Source of the DNA: Alphaproteobacteria bacterium | GTDB lineage: Bacteria > Pseudomonadota > Alphaproteobacteria > UBA828 | Length of the DNA stretch: 64,000 nt | Direction of reading: 5' to 3' | NCBI GenBank assembly: GCA_963422645.2 | Contig: CAXXVO010000004.1 | Location: 96,001 to 160,000 of the forward strand | Shown here: positions 60,210 through 64,000 of the stretch, piece by piece | Layout of the letters: every line of letters starts with the position of its first letter | Position numbering within the stretch: position 1 is the stretch's first letter | Notes under the pieces: generated by a model | Database searches by the model: none | What the model saw: the letters and a program-made list of their open reading frames with translations, nothing else | What the model was told of the DNA's origin: nothing | Translations under genes and position numbers: made by a program

Positions 60210-60791
60210 CTAAGCCCGGCCGGCGAAGCCCGAGAGGTTGCCGGGATCGATCCCGAGCCTGCCGACGGCGCGCTCCCACTTGCCGTCCTGGGCCTCGTCG
60301 AAGACCAGCTCCTCGTCGGCCGGCACGGTGAGCCAGCCGTTCTCCTGAATCTCGCGGTCGAGCTGGCCCGGCGCCCAGCCTGCATAGCCCAAAGCCAGCA
60401 TGCTGAGGCGCGGGCCGCTGCCGTCGGCCATGGCCTTCAGCACGTCGACGGTGGCGGTGAGCGCGAAGCCGTCGTCCACCTGCATCGTGGCTTCGTGGGT
60501 GTAGTCGGTGGAATGGAGGACGAAGCCGCGCGCCGCCTCCACCGGGCCGCCGAAATGCACGCGGATGCGCTCGTCCACGGTCTCGGTCTCGATCTCAAGC
60601 TGCTCGAGCAGGTCCGAGAAGCTGAGCGATTCGAGAAGCCTGTTGACGACGAGGCCCATCGCCCCGTCTTCCGAATGAGCGCACATGTAGATGACGGTAT
60701 GCGCGAAGCGCGGGTCCGCCATCGTCGGCATGGCGACCAGCAAATGCCCCTCCAGGTAGGGCCCCGTCCCCTGCTCGCCGCCTGTATCCAT
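60210..60791 (-). CDS. YqgE/AlgH-family protein
   Basis: LLVAMP, GAMGLVVN, GGPV, GYAGWAPGQL..EI.ENGW. Confidence 0.93.
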   Translation of the reverse strand: MDTGGEQGTGPYLEGHLLVAMPTMADPRFAHTVIYMCAHSEDGAMGLVVNRLLESLSFSDLLEQLEIETETVDERIRVHFGGPVEAARGFVLHSTDYTHEATMQVDDGFALTATVDVLKAMADGSGPRLSMLALGYAGWAPGQLDREIQENGWLTVPADEELVFDEAQDGKWERAVGRLGIDPGNLSGFAGRA

Positions 60792-60964
60792 CGCACAATA
60801 TCCCTGAGCCGCCTGGCTCGCCCCGATCATCGCAAAGGGGCAGGGCGGTGACAACCGAATGTCGGCACGCAAGCTCCGGTCATCCCAGGAGAGCGTCGGG
60901 AAATGGTGGGACGTAGGCACCCACTTGGCGCCCCTTGCTGGTCACCGGTGGCCGACAAAATCTC

Positions 60965-60998
60965 TTGTTGGACACTTTTGCGCAAAAGTGTCCAACAA
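60965..60998. repeat. Perfect 34-bp palindrome
   Basis: TTGTTGGACACTTTTGC|GCAAAAGTGTCCAACAA with no spacer. Confidence 0.9.
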
Positions 60999-61024
60999 CG
61001 ATTGTTGTTGGTCATGGATGGCCG

Positions 61025-61582
61025 TCAAATATCCGCCTCGCTTTCAGTGAGCTTCAAAAGATCGGGGAACGCGAGAACGGAAGTCCGGCGGCCACTGCCG
61101 GGGACAACGACGCGTAGAACATCGCCGTCGCAAAGAGCGTCCAGAATGCGCCGCGCCGTCCTCCCGGACATGCCAGCCTCGGCCCCAAAGTCGGAACCGC
61201 TGAAAATCGGGCGTTCGAATATCCAGTCCAGAGAATGGATGGCATAGCGTGAACGGGTCAGCTCCGGCACGCGGCGCTTCATGTCATCATAAAGAGAGAT
61301 GATACCGTTTGCCTTGGTCAGGTTCTCTTCGGCCTGCAATCGCACAGCTTCCAGGAAGAACCGGCACCAGCCGGTCCAGTCGTCATCCCGCGAGACAGCG
61401 AGGAGGCCTTCGTAATAGGCATCGCGGTGAGCCTCGAAGTGGGCGCTGATGTAAAACATCGGTTCTCGAATGAGGCCGTCCTGCCAAAGGAACAACGGCA
61501 CCAGCATGCGCCCCAGGCGCCCGTTGCCATCCAGAAAGGGGTGCAACGCCTCGAACTCGGCATGCAGAATGGCAAGCTTTAT
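61025..61582 (-). pseudogene. Fic-family protein, 5' part removed at an IS66 end
   Basis: HPFLDGNGRLGR Fic motif; the frame runs into GTAACTGCCCAGGT at 61583. Confidence 0.88.
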
Positions 61583-62290
61583 GTAACTGCCCAGGTCTGA
61601 TTCTGCCGAGCACTCGGACGTGATGGATTGATGGTTCTGACCAGCCAGGGGTCAGGCGGCGCTTTCCCGGAGCAGCGCAGGATTTCAGAAGCGCAATACG
61701 GGGATCAGCTGGATTGGATCGGGGTGCGCCAGGGTTTCGAGGACATTCCAGCGCTGTTTTCGAGCGGTGGCGATGACGGATCGCAGGTTTGCGAAGTCGC
61801 GGGCGCCTTGTATCGAGCGGAAGCCGCCTGAGATTTTCTGGCGCAGCTTGCCCATTCGGAGGTCGCGCTCGGCCTCGTTGTTGGAGAAGGGGGTTCGCGG
61901 ATCGGTGAGGAAGCGCAGGCACCCCTCCTTGTACTTCTGGAGTCGGAGGGCGAGGTTGTGACCGATGCGGCGCTTTTGTCGTCCGCGCTTTCCGGTCTGG
62001 AGCGGTGGCATTTCTTCGTGAGAGGCGATGGCACGTTCGAGGATGCGGTCCCAGGCTCGCGAGATGCGGGCCACCAGTGAGGCGGGCACGTCGCGGTCGT
62101 TCTTGTGGGCGAAGCGGGCGGCTCTGTTGGCACGGATGAGGAGCCGGTGCGTGCTCGTTGCCCAGTCTTCCTTCTCGATCTCGATGAGGGCTTGGAGCTC
62201 GCGCAGGTGATGGGCGTTGCAGGCCCCGTGGCGCACGCCCTCGAGAGCGAAGTAGGTGGCGTAGTCGTCATGGATGACGATGCCGGCGGC
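61583..62290 (-). mobile_element. Truncated IS66 remnant (one IR plus 3' part of transposase)
   Basis: IR GTAACTGCCCAGGT; GVRHGACNAHHLREL, SNNEAERDLR; most similar to the transposase at 38825-40366. Confidence 0.87.
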
Positions 62291-62681
62291 CGGACCACGG
62301 TCGTTCAACCGCCAAGATTGATTCCCGCCTGCGAGGTTCCCCGCCCGCGCGGCCCGAACACGGCGCTAAAACCGCGCTCAAGCCATCCCGAAGCACTGGG
62401 TCGCTGACCCATCGCGCATCCCTTCATCGCTCGGCGCACTGAACTCCAACCACCGCCCCCGGTCAAGGCTGAGGGGTCATGGGCATTCTCGCGCGGTATG
62501 CGGGGCAGAGGTCTGGCGGCGAGACCGTCTTGGACCTCGCAATCGCAGGCGCGCGCCTGCTGGAGGGCGCGCATCCGGCAACGTTAGGGCACGCTGGTTC
62601 CGCCGCCGTCGACGGCTTCATCGACGCGCGAGGTTGTTCGCCGGCGCGGGACGCTAGCGGGCTTGAGGTTTTCCCCTTGGA

Positions 62682-63209
62682 TCAGTTGAACGCTTTCGCA
62701 GGTGTCTCGGCTCCCCGGTAGCCCGCGTCGTAGAGTTCCTTGAGCAGGCTGCAGTCGAGCCCGCTCTCGGGCGGAAGCTCGCTCTCCATCAGGCCGAGCT
62801 TGAGCCACCAGTCGTTGATCAGGCGCCAAGAGTCGGCAATGCCGCCGTTGGTCATCCTGTGCCCGGGATCGCCCGGTGCCGCGCCGCAGAATCTTGCGGC
62901 TGTCATGAACGTGCCCAAGTAGAGGCCGTGGGCGCAATACCCGGCGTTCGCACCGAGGATGCTCTCAACGTCCGCCAGACTGAACTGCATCTGCTCGGCG
63001 ACAATCTGGTTGGCCTCGGCGGGGTTCGCCTGCCAGTAGGCCTGGCCGTCGAACAGCGCCTTCAAGAGCTTGACGGCAACGTCGCGGCGGTTGTTGATCA
63101 AGTCGTCCGAGAAGAAGATCGCGTCGGACAAGAGACCCGTCTGCTTGAAGAACGGCGCATTGTCGGGCACGAGCGTCCCCTGCACAATTGGCAGACCTTC
63201 AACTCTCAT
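62682..63209 (-). pseudogene. Probable C-terminal fragment of an ABC substrate-binding protein (NMT1/SsuA-like)
   Basis: D.IFF...KLLKALFDGQAYWQANPAEANQIVAE; no signal peptide or N-terminal lobe. Confidence 0.5.
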
Positions 63210-63237
63210 CCTGCGGGGCCGCGCCCGCGGCCCCTCT

Positions 63238-64000
63238 TCAGGGCACGACGCGTTCCGGGTTTATTTGCAAGTACTCGCGGACGAACTTGCAGGCGGCGTC
63301 GCGGTCGTAATGCTGATAGAGCTCGGCCGAGACGAACGCGCGGGGCGTGGCGTTGGTGTTCTCGAACATCGCGACGCGGCTCGCGTGGCTGCTGCACGCG
63401 AGATCCCAGATGAAATTGAAGACGCGGTTCTTCTCGCGCGCGGTCACGCCGGTTCCCGGCATGAATTCCTCGAGCTTCTTGCCGATTTCGGGGTGCTCCC
63501 ACGCCGCTTTGGGCCAGCGACTGACCATGCCCTGGCCGCAGAGGTCGCTCAGCAGGTGCATGATCCGGGGATACTGCTCGATCGAATAGAGACGAACCGG
63601 CGTCACATAGTCCAGGTTGGGCACGGTCACCCCGTTCCAGACCCCGGCCTCTTCGATCGAGGCGACGATGCCCGCCTTCAGGATGGCCGCGTACTTTATG
63701 ATCTCGCTGACGGACTCGCGCACCGTCGGGATGTTGCCCGTGCCTAGAATGTCGACGATCGTCTGTGCCGCGCCGATGAAGATCTCGGCGCGCACCGCAA
63801 GGCGCGCGAGGATGTGCCAGAACGCGATCGCGCAGCTTTCGTGATAGAGCCCGAGCAGTTCCTTGTTCTTGAAGCTGACGATGTACTCGCGCGGCAGGAA
63901 GACGTGGTCGAAGATCAGGAGGTTGTCGATCTCCTCGCCCTGACTGTCCAGCGGGTGGTCCTCCCACTCGCAATCGGGATCGGTAAGCGGCTCACGCAAG
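63238..64000 (-). CDS. 4-hydroxyphenylacetate 3-hydroxylase-family flavin monooxygenase, C-terminal part (5' end outside the window)
   Basis: HPLDSQGEEIDNLLIFDHVFLP, IWDLACSSHASR..MFE. Confidence 0.85.
   Translation of the reverse strand, partial: LREPLTDPDCEWEDHPLDSQGEEIDNLLIFDHVFLPREYIVSFKNKELLGLYHESCAIAFWHILARLAVRAEIFIGAAQTIVDILGTGNIPTVRESVSEIIKYAAILKAGIVASIEEAGVWNGVTVPNLDYVTPVRLYSIEQYPRIMHLLSDLCGQGMVSRWPKAAWEHPEIGKKLEEFMPGTGVTAREKNRVFNFIWDLACSSHASRVAMFENTNATPRAFVSAELYQHYDRDAACKFVREYLQINPERVVP

Overview
GC-rich, probably alphaproteobacterial chromosome segment (fabI-aroC, rluD-rpoH and thrC-M16-rimJ-like synteny) that is heavily invaded by mobile DNA. 1-19.3 kb is a defence island: a DUF3883 helicase-nuclease C-terminus, an AbiJ-like gene, a frameshifted DUF1156 methyltransferase, a DUF499 ATPase and a ~1365-aa HigA-HTH/nuclease-like protein split by IS1634. 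The island ends at a large serine recombinase that reads into the 3' half of tRNA-fMet, tail-to-tail with a frameshifted tyrosine integrase. The rest is housekeeping and metabolic genes interrupted by five IS66-type elements sharing a GTAACTGCCCAGGT end, an IS630 and several gene remnants. Best leads: (1) a complete IS66 element (8-bp TSD) carrying a DNA adenine methyltransferase gene whose stop overlaps the transposase start; (2) a ~267-bp structured repeat with compensatory base changes between copies, one copy inserted in frame in a penicillin acylase gene; (3) a low-GC three-gene operon resembling a toxin-antitoxin-chaperone system. Family assignments are from motif recognition only; no searches were run, and single-base frameshifts could be sequencing errors.
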